Below, in pieces: positions 11,263 through 23,790 of a stretch of 45,516 nucleotides of DNA. Source of the stretch: Saprolegnia diclina VS20. Taxonomy: Eukaryota. The stretch spans positions 604,448 through 649,963 of the forward strand of contig NW_008246082.1 of assembly GCF_000281045.1 (NCBI RefSeq), in the 5' to 3' direction. Numbering within the stretch: the stretch's first letter is position 1; the number at the start of each line of letters is the position of its first letter. Under the pieces are notes generated by a model that was given only the letters and a program-made list of their open reading frames with translations, was not told the origin of the DNA and made no database searches. The translations under genes and the position numbers were made by a program.

Positions 11263-13526
11263 TTACGCCTCGTCGGCCACGTCAAGAAGCCCAAGAAGGT
11301 CCGCGAGCTCGTCTTCGTCGAAGCCCGGCAGCGTCGGGCAGTTGGCGCTCAGCAGCGGCTTGCGCCACGCCGCGAGGTCCGTTGCCTTGCCCTTGGAGAC
11401 GACCACGATGCGGTTCACGTCTTGCTCGGACGCGCGAAGCTCCAGCACGGGTGACGCGCCAAAGGCGGCGTGCAGCCGCGACAAGACGTCCTTGTACATG
11501 GCGCTGGACCGGCACGAGACGTTGAGAAGGAGCACGCCGTGCTCGCGAAGTGCCATGTGCATCGCCTACATACTGGTATGTGGCATCGCAGTTGGGACGT
11601 TATTGTATACCGCAAGAGACGACGGCGAAAGGAACGTGAGCGGCGGGCACGTGATCCCGGCCGCCTTCTCGTCGGCCGTCTTGGCATCGACGTCGATCAG
11701 AATCGAGTCGTAGGACGCGGGGGCTACGAGCGACATGGGCGGGTTTGTACCGGAAGAGGACGATGCGGTTTACCTGCGGCAGCAAGCACGGCCAAGCCGT
11801 CGTCCGTGATGACGTGAAGGTTGCTGTTGGTCATCAAGCCAAAATATGTGGTCGCAATCTCGACGATAGTCGGGTCGAGCTCGACGGCGGTCAGTGCCAC
11901 CGACGGCATCGTAGCCTGCACGTAGCTGGCGAGCGAGCCGCCGCCGAGACCGACAAGGAGGCTGCGGTGCTTCTCCGTCGCCGCTACCGGATGCAACTCG
12001 GTGTGCGTCTTGAGGAGCGCGGCCATGCTCTTGTGGTACTCGAACGCGAGGTACGTCGGGTCAAACCGGACGCGGGTCGACGCCGCCTTCTTCTTCTTGG
12101 CCTTGAGCTGCTTGGCTGCACAAAACTCAACATATAGCTCGATCAAGTCGATGCAATATACCTGTGAGCGCGGGCAAGAGCGAAATCTCCGTCTGGATCG
12201 TGTTGCTGTTGCTGAGGAAGACGAGCCGGCGGTGGGTCTCGACCTCTTCGATAAAGTAGTCGCCACTGAGCGCCGACGTGCCTTGGGCCACCACCTGGCG
12301 CTGACCAAGGCCCTCCTGGACCGTCATGTACGGGATCTTCTCGTTGCGACCCAGACTCTCGGGACTCAGCTCCATGATCTTGGGGTTGAGCTCGAGCTGA
12401 ACCGCCTCCAAGCTCTCAAACGTATGCGTGCGGCCGAGGCTCACGATAAGGAAGCGCGAGAAACCAGCGCCAGACGCAAGTTCCATCGCGCCCTCCTCGG
12501 TCGCAAAGAGGTACTCGTGCTCGCGGCCCTGGGGCACAAGGAAGACGCCGCACGTGCCGTTGGGGCCTTGTGCGTGGACGTCGACGAGGCGGATCGAGTA
12601 GCGCGGCGTCGTGTTGAGGCCCGTCGACGCGCTCGTCATGAGCTCGATAACGCGCTGGCGGCCGACGTGGATCTTCTTGAGCTCGAGCTGCGACATGGAG
12701 TACCACTGCGTGGCTTCGATCTCGTGGAGAAGCCAGGCCTTGCGCGCACGTGCGTCGCCGTCGTGGAACATCTTGCCGTTGTACTTGACCATCGGCATCG
12801 GCGCCGCTTGCTTGGTGCAGACGAGGAAGAAGGGCGTGAACGGCGTGTTGCTCTTGGCGTCCTTGGGGACCTGCAGACACAAGGTGAGTACGTCCATCGC
12901 CATGTATGAGGCAGCGTACGTCGAGCACCGAGATCTTGTAGTTGGGAAAGGTCTCGGCGAACGTCGTGAGGAGGTGCTGGATGATAAAGTCCTGGGCCAT
13001 CGTCACACAAATGTACGAGCCGTTCACGGCCAGCGTGCGGTCGACCTCCTTGAACATCTCGAGCGCGCTCGCCAGCACTAGCCACGAGGTAGGAGGAAGG
13101 AGGCGAAGCGAGGAGGAGGCTACCTGGCGCATCATCCGTCGCCATGAGCGCATCCAAAGCGCCCTTGTCCATGATGCAGTCGAAGCTGTCGTTCGCATAC
13201 GTCATCTTGGTCATGTCCATGACATCCCACGTCATCTTGGGGTGCTTCTGCTTCATCTCGGCAATGACAAGCTCGGAAAAGTCCATGGACGTCATGTGCT
13301 TGTAGCCATCCGCCGCCCAGAGCGGACTCAGGTCCGAGTTACCGCAGCCGACGACGAGGATGCGGTCCGACGGCTTGACGAGCGTCTTGAGCACGGGGCG
13401 CATGTTGGCGTACTGCCCGTACCATTCGAAGGCCTTCTCCTGGCGCTTGGTGAAGAACTCGTCCCAGTACTCCTTGCGGGCAAAGTCCGAGTGCGTGCGC
13501 GGCAGCAGCTCCATGTTGTCGGTCAT
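11263..13526 (-). CDS. METTL13: eEF1A lysine and N-terminal methyltransferase (dual SAM-MTase); multi-exon
   Basis: MELLPRTHSDFARKEYWDEFF, FEWYG, VVGCGNSDLS, DKGALDAL, FLVPQGREHEYLFATEEG, RRLVFLSNSNTIQTE, second MTase LVGLGGGSL...VELDP, DDGL, LLLNVSCR. Confidence 0.92.
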
Positions 13527-14070
13527 CGCTATACATTCTCACTGTCAACCTCACGCCGGTGATGGCATCTCTACCTGGACGATCGCGTGCGTGGATTGAT
13601 GAATGGCTCGTGGCGGCAATCCGGTTCCAGATGTCGAACCGGCTCAAGCGCATCATCGCCACGGCTAACCGCTTAGCATCTTCGGTTATTGTAGTCGTCA
13701 ATGAGCGGTCGTTTTTCGACGCACTAACCGGTTGCAACGCTAAAATTATCCTGTTGGAATCCGGCTGGCACCCAGAATCGCCCCGCGATCTTTAAAATAC
13801 ACCTCGGTTCAACGACATTAGTTTCGCACATCATTTATTTTGCTTGACTTTTGTATATATTTATTTATGACAGGAGCTTAGCGTCCGTGTTGCTGAGGCG
13901 ATCGGTATTAAATGGACGAGTGACGAAAGATGACACAAGAGCTTTCCCGATGGACAACAGTGAGAACGCGACGGCGAATGCGTCCTCGATAGCGACGCCG
14001 CAGGTACGGCCTTCGCCTGCATGAGCGCCGCCGTAGCCTCGTGGCGTAGGAGACGAGCCCGAAGGCGAGC

Positions 14071-15539
14071 ATGTTCAAATCGGCGCTCCACAAGCTCGGG
14101 AAGAAGGAAAAGCACGGCGGCGGGTCGCACTTCCTCCAAGCTGCGTCGGCGTCGACGGGCTTTTTTGGCCGCAAAAAGTCGGCCTCGAGCCAGCACCCGC
14201 CGCTGCCCGGCGGCGTCAAGGCCTCGCCGTTTTGCAATGCACAGCTGCCGCCGGTGTGGGCGACGCCGCCGCCGATTCCAAAGGGGCTGCCCGCGACCAA
14301 ATCGCCGGCCAAAGACGCCGTGGCCTCTGGCCCGGGGCCGCGCAATGCGGCGGGCAACCTGCGCTCGGAGCAGTTTGCGACGCTCCTCAAGAACGACAAG
14401 CAAGACTCGGTGGACCTCGAGAAGCTGCGCGAACTCAGCTGGGGCGGTGTGCCCGTCGAGTTTCGACCGCTCGTGTGGAAGCTCCTCTTGAGCTACGTAC
14501 CGTCGCACAAGGACCGACGCGAGGCCATGCTCCAGCGCAAGCGCGCCGAGTACGGCGAGCTCCTTCGCCAGTTTTACTACATCCCCGACACGGACCGTGG
14601 CATGAAGGAGCAGGAAACGCTGCACCAGGTAACCCATGCTCGTCGATGCATTGGCATGCGACCTGACGATAGATTCTCATCGACATTCCGCGCACGAACC
14701 CTGGCGTGCCTCTCTTCCAGCACCCGTCGATCCAAAAGGTACCTTGGGTCGAGATCCTGGCGCCTCAACCGTGGGTAGAGCATGGAGCGCGTTCTGTACA
14801 TTTGGGCGGTGCGCCACCCTGCGTCCGGGTACGTCCAAGGCATCAACGACCTCTTGACGCCGTTTGTGACGGTCTTTCTCTCGGTCTTTGTCGGTATATA
14901 TTTCGTATTTTGCAGAAATGTCGCACTTCTTACATGACGTGGCCTCGTAGACGACCCGGAGCGGAGCGACTTGAGCAGTGTCTCGGACGAAGCGCTCCAG
15001 GAAGTCGAGGCCGATAGCTACTGGTGCCTCACCAAGCTGCTTGACGACATCCAGGTTGACACATTGAAACTTTTGGCACTGCTCACACTGGTATGTAGGA
15101 CCACTATACGTTTTCACAGCCGGGCTTGCAGCGCATGGTGCAGCGCATGGAAGACCTCGTCAAGCGCTGCGACGCCGACTTGCACACGCACATTGTCGAG
15201 ACCGAGTCGGTGCAGTTTGTACAGTTTGCGTTTCGCTGGATGAACTGCCTCCTCATGCGCGAATGCCCACTGCACGCGATCATCCGGCTCTGGGACACGT
15301 ATTTATGCGAGGACAATGGCTTTGAGAACTTCCACGTGTACGTCTGCGCGGCCATCCTCATGACCTTTGGCGACATGCTCAAGGAGATGGAGTTCCAGGA
15401 CCTCGTGCTCTTCCTCCAGAGCCTCCCGACCAAAGAGTGGGAAGAAGACGACATTGAACCGCTCCTCTCGCGCGCGTACATTCTCCAAACGTACTTTGCC
15501 GACGCGCCCAACCACATTCCCCAAGCCAAGCAGCAGTAG
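14071..15539 (+). CDS. TBC-domain Rab GTPase-activating protein, TBC1D22/Gyp1-like; multi-exon
   Basis: LRELSWGGVP..RPLVWKLLL, QILIDIPRT (R finger), HPASGYVQGINDL (Q finger), EADSYWCLTKLLDDIQD, QFAFRWMNCLLMRE, RLWDTYL. Confidence 0.92.
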
Positions 15540-15931
15540 CTCGTCACGTTGTTTAAGTCACCAGACCCTTTCTCCAGCGTCGTTAGCTGTCGTCTCGATT
15601 CGCACGCCGCGTCGACTTGGAATTACATGAGCTACCCGACTCTCTTCCAGCATTGGCGATGTTCGCCATGACTAAAAAGGACTGGCGCTCTTTGGGCTAC
15701 TGCGGTGGCGTCTGAACCGGTGGAAGCACCGTGCCTACGGGTACTTCGCCATAAGCGATCGGGCAACGACCGCGCCGTCATCGTCTCGCTATCAAATACA
15801 CATGTGATCTGGGCATGTCGGAGAGGCGCTTCATGCATCGGTAGATTTGGTGGTGGTTTGGGTCCTCTGCCCCAGACGCCAGATGACTTCAAAGGGTCAC
15901 GAAATGGCAATTTCGAAACGGCAGTTGATCG

Positions 15932-16978
15932 ATGGGCAGCTACCTCCAGGAGACGCTGCGCTGCAAGGGCACCAAGATCTGCAGCCCGTTCGCCCGCGAG
16001 ATCAACGGAAAGGAGGTCATCGGATACGTCTCGTCTGGGACGGGCGAAGTGTTTGCCTACTCGGAGGGGAAGCACTCGGCGCTCGCGTACACGGGCGGCG
16101 AGCCGTACGGCGCGGTCTTTGACTCGCACGGCAAGGTGCACATCGCTGACTGCGCGCACGCGGCGATTCTGCGCGTCGACCTCGCCAACCACAGCCACCA
16201 GCCTGGCATCGTCGTCAAGGTCTACGAGGAAAAGCCTTTTCGCGTCCGCATTTTTGGCTCTGAAAAAATTGCGAAAATGACGTCGTAGGGCCCCAGCAGC
16301 ATTGCCATTTCGCCGGCCAACACGACGTACTTCACCGACAGCGGGCCGCTCGGCGAGACGACGCTCGAGAACCCGCGGGGTAGCGTCTTTTGCATCGCTG
16401 CCAACCCGAGCGGCGGCCAAATTCTCAAGCCGCTGGCGCTAAACTGCCTCGCCCACCCCTGCGCCGTTGCCGTCTCGCCCGACTCGAAGCTCGTGTACGC
16501 CTCTTACAATGTGGAAGATCCTTGAACAAGTGCTAGGTACGTGGCCGAGATGATGGCCAACCGCGTCTTGCGCTTCGTCCAGCGCCCGCCCGGGATCTAC
16601 CACATGTCGGTGTTCTACCAGTTTGCTGGCGGCCTCGGCCCGTCCTGCATCGCGTGCGACACGGCCGGCCGCGTCTACGTCGGGTCCTACGACATGGCCG
16701 GTATCCTTTCTTTAGCAAGGCTAGGATTGATGGAGCGAAGGCGCGGACGCTGCGAATGGCCGCATCTACGTGCTCTCGGCGCAAGGCACGCTGGAGCACG
16801 TGCTCGAAGTGCCAGGCCAGGAGATCACGGGGCTCTGTGTCGAGTGCGCACTCGAGTTCTTACTGTCAATAGCGTCTCATCCGCCAATATTACTAGGGGC
16901 ACCCACAAGATGTACGTGACGGAAGCGACGACCAATGCACTGCACTGCATTTCACTGGACGCGATTCTCAAGAGCTAA
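15932..16978 (+). CDS. SMP-30/gluconolactonase/strictosidine-synthase-like beta-propeller; multi-exon
   Basis: GEPYGAVFD, IADCAHAAILR, YEEKPF..GPSSIAI..TYFTDSGP, LAHPCAVAVSPD, YVAEMMANRVLRF, GPSCIACD..GRVYV, MYVTEATTN. Confidence 0.8.
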
Positions 16979-17265
16979 GAACGTATATACTCGCCTGCAC
17001 ATATCCGCCGCGATCTGTGCCGAACGTTCGGCCGCATATTGTTTGGCGTTCTGCGCGCTTCTCAGCCTCGGAGGCGTGTCTCGAGAGAGCTCGGCGCGGG
17101 TGCTCCGACGAGCATCTCGGAGTAGAGGTCGTGGTCCCACTCTTTGAGTAGCTGGATCGCGCGGGATGTGTCGGCTACGAAAACCAGACGACGGCGACAA
17201 AGATACACTTTCAGAAAGGTTGCGCGCGTATCCGGACAATCCACAGTCTATCCGGACTCGCCGGC

Positions 17266-17667
17266 ATGTGCAAGCTCAGAAATAGACTGATGACGGCCGC
17301 GATGCAGCGCGCTGCGCATTTGGCCGACGACGCCGACGACGACGACGACGACGAGCTGCGCCTCGCGTTCTTATCGCCGATGGCAACGGCGAGCGCCCGG
17401 CCGCAGAACCCGGTCGTGAGCCTCCTCGAAGCCGCGCAGTCGCCCCGGCCCGTCCAGCTCGTGAATACGACGCTGCTCAAGAAGCGCAAGTACGACATGA
17501 TCGTCAAGCCTGTGCCAAAGCGAGTTGGCCCACCGAGCCACGAGTGGCGACCATCGCTGCTACCCGAGATCGACCAACCGCCACCCTCGCCATCATCTTC
17601 CTGCTGCAGCTACGTCGAGACGCAGACTAAGTTTAGCCGCCTTGCGCTGGGCAGCGACCCGCCCTAA
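17266..17667 (+). CDS. Small low-complexity hypothetical protein (133 aa)
   Basis: ATG-initiated ORF with coding-like codon usage, a poly-Asp run and a KKRK cluster; fits between neighbouring genes. Confidence 0.5.
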   Translation: MCKLRNRLMTAAMQRAAHLADDADDDDDDELRLAFLSPMATASARPQNPVVSLLEAAQSPRPVQLVNTTLLKKRKYDMIVKPVPKRVGPPSHEWRPSLLPEIDQPPPSPSSSCCSYVETQTKFSRLALGSDPP

Positions 17668-17715
17668 CTACTTCGACCGCTTGTAGGTGTTGTACAAAGA
17701 CAATCGTGTTTCTAT

Positions 17716-20325
17716 TTACATGGCCGCAATGTCTTTGAAGAGCACAACGATGGCCGTGACGTTGTCTCTTGAGCCTTGCGTGCCGATCGCATACTCGACG
17801 AGCGCCTACAAGCCGTCGCATGATGATGACACTTGGCAACATGAAGCCATCTACCTCGACGGTGCGCTGGACGTCGCCGCCTTTGCGCAGCTGGGTTCTA
17901 GTGCCATGAACGTTAGGTTTCGTGGTCGGAACAGACGCCTACGTGACAAAGTCGACGGCTTCTTGGTCTTCAAACACGTCAAAGAGGCCGTCGCTGCCCA
18001 GCAATAAAAAATCTGCCTCGTCTACACGCCTCAATGAGGCGGTTAAGCAAGGACGAGGACGTACCCGTGACATCACTCGTCGTCACTTCAGGCGTCGCAA
18101 TGACCAATGGCCCTTTCAGGATCTCATTCGGGTTCACGACCGGCTGCTCGACGCCAAACTCGTCTTCGAGGCGCTGCATGCCAACATAAACACAAAATAC
18201 ATCAAAGGCTGGCGTACCAGGCTCGACTGGCTGCCATGCGTGTCGTACGTCTTGAACTCGCAGTCGCCAAAGGCCCGCGACACGGCCAGCTCGCCCATAA
18301 TGCGTCTACAGGTGACAAATCGTCTTGTCGATATCGCTGATGCGACGAAGGTACCCGTGGATGATAAAGCCTCCCGTGTCTCGAATCCGCTGGGCTTCGT
18401 CCGGTCTACGGCCGCTTGAGAATCGTAGTGCGTTGGGAATGGTACCTCGAGGGCTTGTGGTCGTTAGAGAGCCGGACGGCCGCGCCATTTCGGCTCAGGA
18501 CCGTACGCGAGTCACCGACGTTCGCAACGTACATGCGGCGACCAGCAATAAAGACCGTGGTAGCTGTACTGCCTGCTTGCGGTCGGTCCGACTCCTATCT
18601 CAAAATGGTAAAATGAATCCATCTTTCGAGTCAAATGGAACCTGGAGAAACGCCGCGTCCGTCTGTTCAAAGGCCGTCGTAAGGCTCTACGAGTCCGGCA
18701 ATGAGCGCAAGTGGCGGCGGTGCATGGAGAGCGCACCGCGATAATGATAGCGTCCACGTCTGTCGCATTGGAGAGATCGACGTCGGCTGTTCGCATCTAT
18801 CATGACGTCAACCTTGCCCATCACGCAGCATCATCAAGCACCTGTAGCTCGCTGATAATGTGCTTGTGCAGTTGGTCGTGGAGGTAGTGCGAGGCTTCGA
18901 GCCCGCCTAAGGACACACATTTCTCCTCGTCGCTGCTGTCTGAATGGACGCCCAATGTTCGTACCGTGACCATCAAAGACACCGAAAAAAGACTGTGGGG
19001 CGTAGCCAGCTTTGGAGAGCGCTGCAATGTTCATATCCTACCTCCCAGCTGCCGACGCCGACCCACGCACAGCATGGACATACCTGGATGAGCGAGTGCG
19101 CGTCTTCCATGTGCTTTCGGCAGCCCATGTTGTCGTTGACGCCGTAGTCGAACCTACGCATCCTTGCAGCTACAGATATTTTCTGAGCAAAAAGGAATAC
19201 CGACCGGTTCACAGACAAGCAGGTTTGGGAGACGAGGATGTGGTCGCCAATCTCAAGACGGTACGGGTCTGCGTACGCGCCGCAGAGCTTCATGAACGTG
19301 CCGTTGGTGGACCCAACGTCGTGGACGTAGAAGCGTCCGTCGGCGGGGTCGCACCAGATGGACGCGTGGCGCCGCGAGAGCTCGCCGTCGCCTGCATATC
19401 GGCATGAGCGTCAGCAAGAGCGAGGCACGGTAGGCAGTACCCGTGTGGATGGTGTTGTCGGCGGATCGGCCTATGGTCGCGCCACGCCCGTCCACGTCGT
19501 ACGTGTTGCCGACGAGCTTCCCGGAGAGGACCTTGAGGCGCAGCGAGGACGGGCCGAGTGCCATGACTTCAATATCCGACTTGCCAGCGCGGAACTGGCA
19601 CCCGAGCGAGAGCGGCCACTGTGTCTTGGACGCATGGTCGTCGAGGCTCACGGGGCTCAGGCGAATGTATGTGGCGTTCGTGCCGTCGTTGCCGTTCGTG
19701 ATATAGAACCCGGGTCCATGCAACGGATGCACGGCGTGGCTCACGACGGCGTGGTTGAGGTCGGTCATGTACTTGTCGGCGGGAATACTGACGACGTTGG
19801 CGGGCTTGCGGCCAATGCCACAGCCCCGAGGGTCCTGCGTCACGACGAACGACGTGCGCACGTCCTCATCTGTATGGATGGTCATCTTGAGTACAATGTT
19901 GTGGCTCAATGGCGGCTTCCCGATGCCGGGCAAGTCGCTAAGGTCGAGCTCCGACTCGCTCGGCCTACGCCACCTTAGACGCCAGTATGGCAACGAATGC
20001 ATACCGAGAGACGCGAGAGACGCCAGAGTGGCGGCGCGGAATGAACTGGGGCCGCTTTGCTCCCGAGACGGGCGCTACAGCGACCGCGATACGTCCGCGT
20101 TCATGGACCATCGATCGTACCTCGCGGCTGGAGCTTGATGGTCGACGAGCGTCGCTTCTTCATCTCGGCGTCCATTGGGATCGCGACTATGAGTCATACA
20201 TGAGCGAGGTACGTAGAGGAGGAAGGAAGCAGACCGAGGGTCTCGGGTGGCGGCGCGACGAGGCCGAGCGCCGGCTCGAGGTCGAGGACGACCGACTTGG
20301 TCGACGGCGGGGGCGGGGCCGACAT
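17716..20325 (-). CDS. FHA-FHA-PP2C protein phosphatase; many short introns
   Basis: Spliced start [10 protein letters not shown] at 20325. FHA-like GIGRKPAN...[41 protein letters not shown]2[61 protein letters not shown]...IAAM* (TAA 17716-18). Confidence 0.88.
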
Positions 20326-20566
20326 GCTCGGTCCAAAGCTCGCGGTTGAAAAATTAAAAACCGTTGCCTATACCACACAGCATACAGAAGCCAAGACAAA
20401 TCCCAGCTGGCCGCCCGTAGAAGTGCTGCACACGCCGCCATATCTTGGCGCTCGCGACGACGTCGTTCTGTTGCAGCAGCTGCCTCCTCCTCGTCTCCTT
20501 CCCAGTACCGTTGGGCGATGGCTGTGTCTGAGCGAAGCCAGTGCTGTAGTAGAGCGTGGAGCTTGC

Positions 20567-20646
20567 AGCTTAGAGCTTAGAGCTTAGAGCTTAGAGCTTA
20601 GAGCTTAGAGCTTAGAGCTTAGAGCTGCTTAGAGCTTAGAGCTTAG
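20567..20646. repeat. (AGCTTAG)n heptamer tandem array, ~11 copies
   Basis: Eight perfect copies at 20567-20622, a short interruption, about three more copies, then degenerate GAGCT words to ~20700. Confidence 0.95.
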
Positions 20647-21078
20647 AGGTGTATCAGAGCTTGGAGCTACCCTAGGAGCTGAGAGCTGTCCGAGGAAGCT
20701 TGGGCTGCGGGTCGCTCGTCGCAGGTCCAGCTGCTGCTGCTTCGGGATCGAAAATTCAAACCAAATATTGGGGCCTATCAAATATTGACCCACGTCATCG
20801 ATCCACATAGAGTGGGAGGTGCAAACTCAAACTCAAACTCAACGCAGCAACCAAATACGCATTGCTGCGTGGGCGTCGGTGTGCAGGACAGGCCCTCCGT
20901 CGAGCCACGAGGAAGCATGCACGTGGTGCTCTGCATAAATCTCTCAGGGGACCAGGCTTTTGGTCCTCGAACAGCCGAGGAATTGGGAATGAACAAGGAA
21001 GACACTTCAAGTGAGAATAGCATGCGAAACTCAAAATCTACTTTAAGTACAAACTAAACTACGACCAGCGTCATCCGT

Positions 21079-23439
21079 TTAACGGACGAGGCGCTCAAGG
21101 ACGCGCTTCTTCTCCTCCAACTCACGGAGCGTGGCATCCTCGTGGTCCTCGAGCCACTCGCGGGCCTCACGGATCGTGTTCTCGGCGGCGGCGTCACCCT
21201 TCTCGCGGGTGAGCTCGAGCGCGCGGTAGATGAAGCTCTCGAGCGAGTTGCGGGCCTCGATCTTCTTGAGGGCCTCGGCATCTTCCTTCTTGAACTTCTC
21301 GGCCTCTTCGACCATGCGGTCGATGTCAGCCTGGCTCAGGCGGCCGTGGTTGTTCGAGATCGTCGTCTCGGCCTTGGCGTTCGTCTTCTTGTCGCGGGCC
21401 GACACGTTGAGGATACCGTTGGCATCGATCTCGAACGTGACTTCGACCTGCGGCTCGCCGCGCTTGGCGCGCTCAAGGCCCGAGATCGTGAACTCGCCGA
21501 GCTTGTTGTTGTGGTCCACGCAGGCGCGCTCGCCTTCGTAGATGACAACGTTCACCTGGGTCTGGTAGTCCGACTCCGTGGTGTAGACACGCGTCTTCTT
21601 GATCGGGATGGCCGTGTTGCGCTTGATGAGCACCGACATGACGCGGCCGACCGTCTCAATACCGAGCGAGAGCGGCGTCACATCGACGAGGAGGAGCGAG
21701 TTCGTGGCGTCGTTGCGAATGCCCGAGAGGATGGCACCCTGGACGGCAGCACCGTACGCGACGGCCTCATCCGGGTTGATCGACTTCGAGAGCTCCTTGC
21801 CGCCAAAGACAGCCGAGAGCATGTTCTGCACCTTGGGGATACGCGTGGAACCACCGACAAGGACGAGCTCCGTAATCTCCTCCGGCTTCATCTTGGCGTC
21901 GGCAAGCACCTTGAGGACGGTCTCCTCCGTGCGCTTGAAGCACTCTTCGTTGAGCGACTCGAACTTGGCGCGCGTCATCGTCGACGAGAAGTCAACACCC
22001 TCGAAGAGCGAGTCGACTTCAATGGCAGCCGACGTCGTCGTGGAAAGCATGCGCTTGGCCGACTCGCAGGCCGTGCGAAGACGGCGCATCGAGCGAGCCG
22101 ACGACGTAGGGTCAAGGCCCTTGTTCTTGCGCTTGAACTCCGTGACGAGGAAGTCGACCATGTTCGAGTCGAAATCTTCACCACCGAGATGCGTGTCACC
22201 GCCCGTCGACTTGACTTCGAAGATGCCGTTCTCGATCGAGAGGATCGACACATCGAAGGTACCACCACCGAGATCGAAGATGAGGATGTTGGCCTTGTTG
22301 CCGTCCGAGCCGGCGTTCGTGTCCAAGCCGTACGCGAGGGCGGCGGCCGTGGGCTCATTGATGATACGCTTGACGTCGAGGCCAGCAATGGCACCGGCAT
22401 CCTTCGTCGACTGACGCTGCTGGTCGTTGAAGTAAGCAGGGACCGTGACGACAGCCTGCTTGATCTCCTGGCCGAGGTAGTTCTCCGCCGTCTCCTTCAT
22501 GCGCGTAAGGACCATCGACGAGATCTCCTCGGGCGTGAAGCGCTTGTCCTCGCCCTTGAACGAGACCTGGATGAGCGGCTTGTCCTCATCACCCTCGACA
22601 ATCTTGAACGGGAAGTGAGCAGCGTCCTTCTTGACGATCGGGTCCGAGAAAGCGCGACCAATGATACGCTTGGCGTCGAAGACCGTGTTCGTGGCGTTCG
22701 AGGCAGCCTGGAGCTTGGCGGCGTCACCGATGAGGCGCTCCGACTCGTTGAAAGCGACCCACGACGGCGTCGTGCGGTTACCTTCGCTGTTGGCAATGAT
22801 CTCGACCTGGCCGTCCTTCCAGACACCGACGCACGAGTACGTCGTACCGAGATCGATACCGATCACCTCCGAGAAACCACGCTCGGCGCGCTTGGCACGC
22901 TCCTCACGCTCGGCACGGGCCTTGTTGATCTTGTCCTCGATCTCCATGCGCTTCATCTTGCGCGTGGCGTCGTCCATCTCGACACCCGAGGCCTCTTCCT
23001 CGAGCACCTGGTACGCAGCCTGCGCCTGCGTGAGGCCGGCCTGGAGCTGCTTGTTGCCCTTGTCGACCGTCAAGCCCTTGGTGTAGGCCTGGACAGCCTT
23101 CTGGTACGACTTGATAAAGTAGTACGCGGCACCGAGACGGGCGTAACCCTTGCCCCACTTGGCGTCGATCTCAATGCACTTGTTGGCATCGGCCATCGCC
23201 TGCGCGGCGTTGCCGGCGCTCAAGTACGCGGCCGAGCGGTTCGAGTAGTAGATGTGGTTCTCCGGCTCGAACGCGATGGCGGCCGTGAACTCCTTGATGG
23301 CCGTGGCGTGGTCGCCGGCGGCGTACGCCGCGTTACCGCGGTTCTTGGCGTCCGTGCCAGCGGCGACGCGCTCTTCGGCAGAGAGGTTGGCATGGGCGTC
23401 CTTCGTGGACTTGCCGGCGCGACGACGTTGAGGGGCCAT
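21079..23439 (-). CDS. HSP70: TPR-Hsp70 fusion, copy A (intronless, 786 aa)
   Basis: N-terminal three-repeat TPR ([25 protein letters not shown]), then Hsp70 signatures [33 protein letters not shown] and linker [12 protein letters not shown]. Ends ...VLERLVR with no EEVD. Confidence 0.95.
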   Translation of the reverse strand: MAPQRRRAGKSTKDAHANLSAEERVAAGTDAKNRGNAAYAAGDHATAIKEFTAAIAFEPENHIYYSNRSAAYLSAGNAAQAMADANKCIEIDAKWGKGYARLGAAYYFIKSYQKAVQAYTKGLTVDKGNKQLQAGLTQAQAAYQVLEEEASGVEMDDATRKMKRMEIEDKINKARAEREERAKRAERGFSEVIGIDLGTTYSCVGVWKDGQVEIIANSEGNRTTPSWVAFNESERLIGDAAKLQAASNATNTVFDAKRIIGRAFSDPIVKKDAAHFPFKIVEGDEDKPLIQVSFKGEDKRFTPEEISSMVLTRMKETAENYLGQEIKQAVVTVPAYFNDQQRQSTKDAGAIAGLDVKRIINEPTAAALAYGLDTNAGSDGNKANILIFDLGGGTFDVSILSIENGIFEVKSTGGDTHLGGEDFDSNMVDFLVTEFKRKNKGLDPTSSARSMRRLRTACESAKRMLSTTTSAAIEVDSLFEGVDFSSTMTRAKFESLNEECFKRTEETVLKVLADAKMKPEEITELVLVGGSTRIPKVQNMLSAVFGGKELSKSINPDEAVAYGAAVQGAILSGIRNDATNSLLLVDVTPLSLGIETVGRVMSVLIKRNTAIPIKKTRVYTTESDYQTQVNVVIYEGERACVDHNNKLGEFTISGLERAKRGEPQVEVTFEIDANGILNVSARDKKTNAKAETTISNNHGRLSQADIDRMVEEAEKFKKEDAEALKKIEARNSLESFIYRALELTREKGDAAAENTIREAREWLEDHEDATLRELEEKKRVLERLVR

Positions 23440-23778
23440 GGTGTTTCTTGCAAGGCGAATTGCGAAATGAATCGTGGCCAGCGCTCGGCCGTTTTCCGGA
23501 TTCCGTTTTTAATTACGGCCGCGCGCGATGCTATCGCAATGAAATACGCGGCTATTTTAATGACCACGACATAGTAAGGCCGAGAGAAGCGACGCCAAAT
23601 GCAATGAAATGCAAGCGTTCAAACGAGGCGTTATTTAAATACGCGCTGATGAGTGTCAACGGACGATATCCGGATACGCCTCCGCACCAAGGCCTGATTT
23701 GGCGCTGGCCAAGAATGCGAGACCCGTTCCAGACCATCCTTTTTTCTGGCCCGCCACAGGCCGTCGTTCCGCACCTCT

Positions 23779-23790
23779 GATTGGCCAATC
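23779..23790. promoter_or_regulatory. Palindromic double CCAAT box GATTGGCCAATC upstream of TPR-Hsp70 copy A
   Basis: Perfect 12-bp palindrome with CCAAT on both strands, ~340 bp upstream of the ATG. Confidence 0.4.

Noticed and set aside
16952..17244. Small minus-strand ORFs between the SMP-30-like gene and the 133-aa ORF
   Set aside because: Non-ATG starts and no recognisable motif.
17687..18007. 106-aa plus-strand ORF
   Set aside because: Shadow of the final PP2C exons on the minus strand ([15 protein letters not shown]).
20567..20646. Telomeric or CRISPR interpretation of the heptamer array
   Set aside because: The unit is not TTTAGGG, there are no spacers, and the context is eukaryotic.
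21142..23574. 810-aa ORF antisense to TPR-Hsp70 (and its twin at 25803-27644)
   Set aside because: Long antisense frames are a known by-product of GC-biased codon usage in Hsp70 genes; no independent domain signal.
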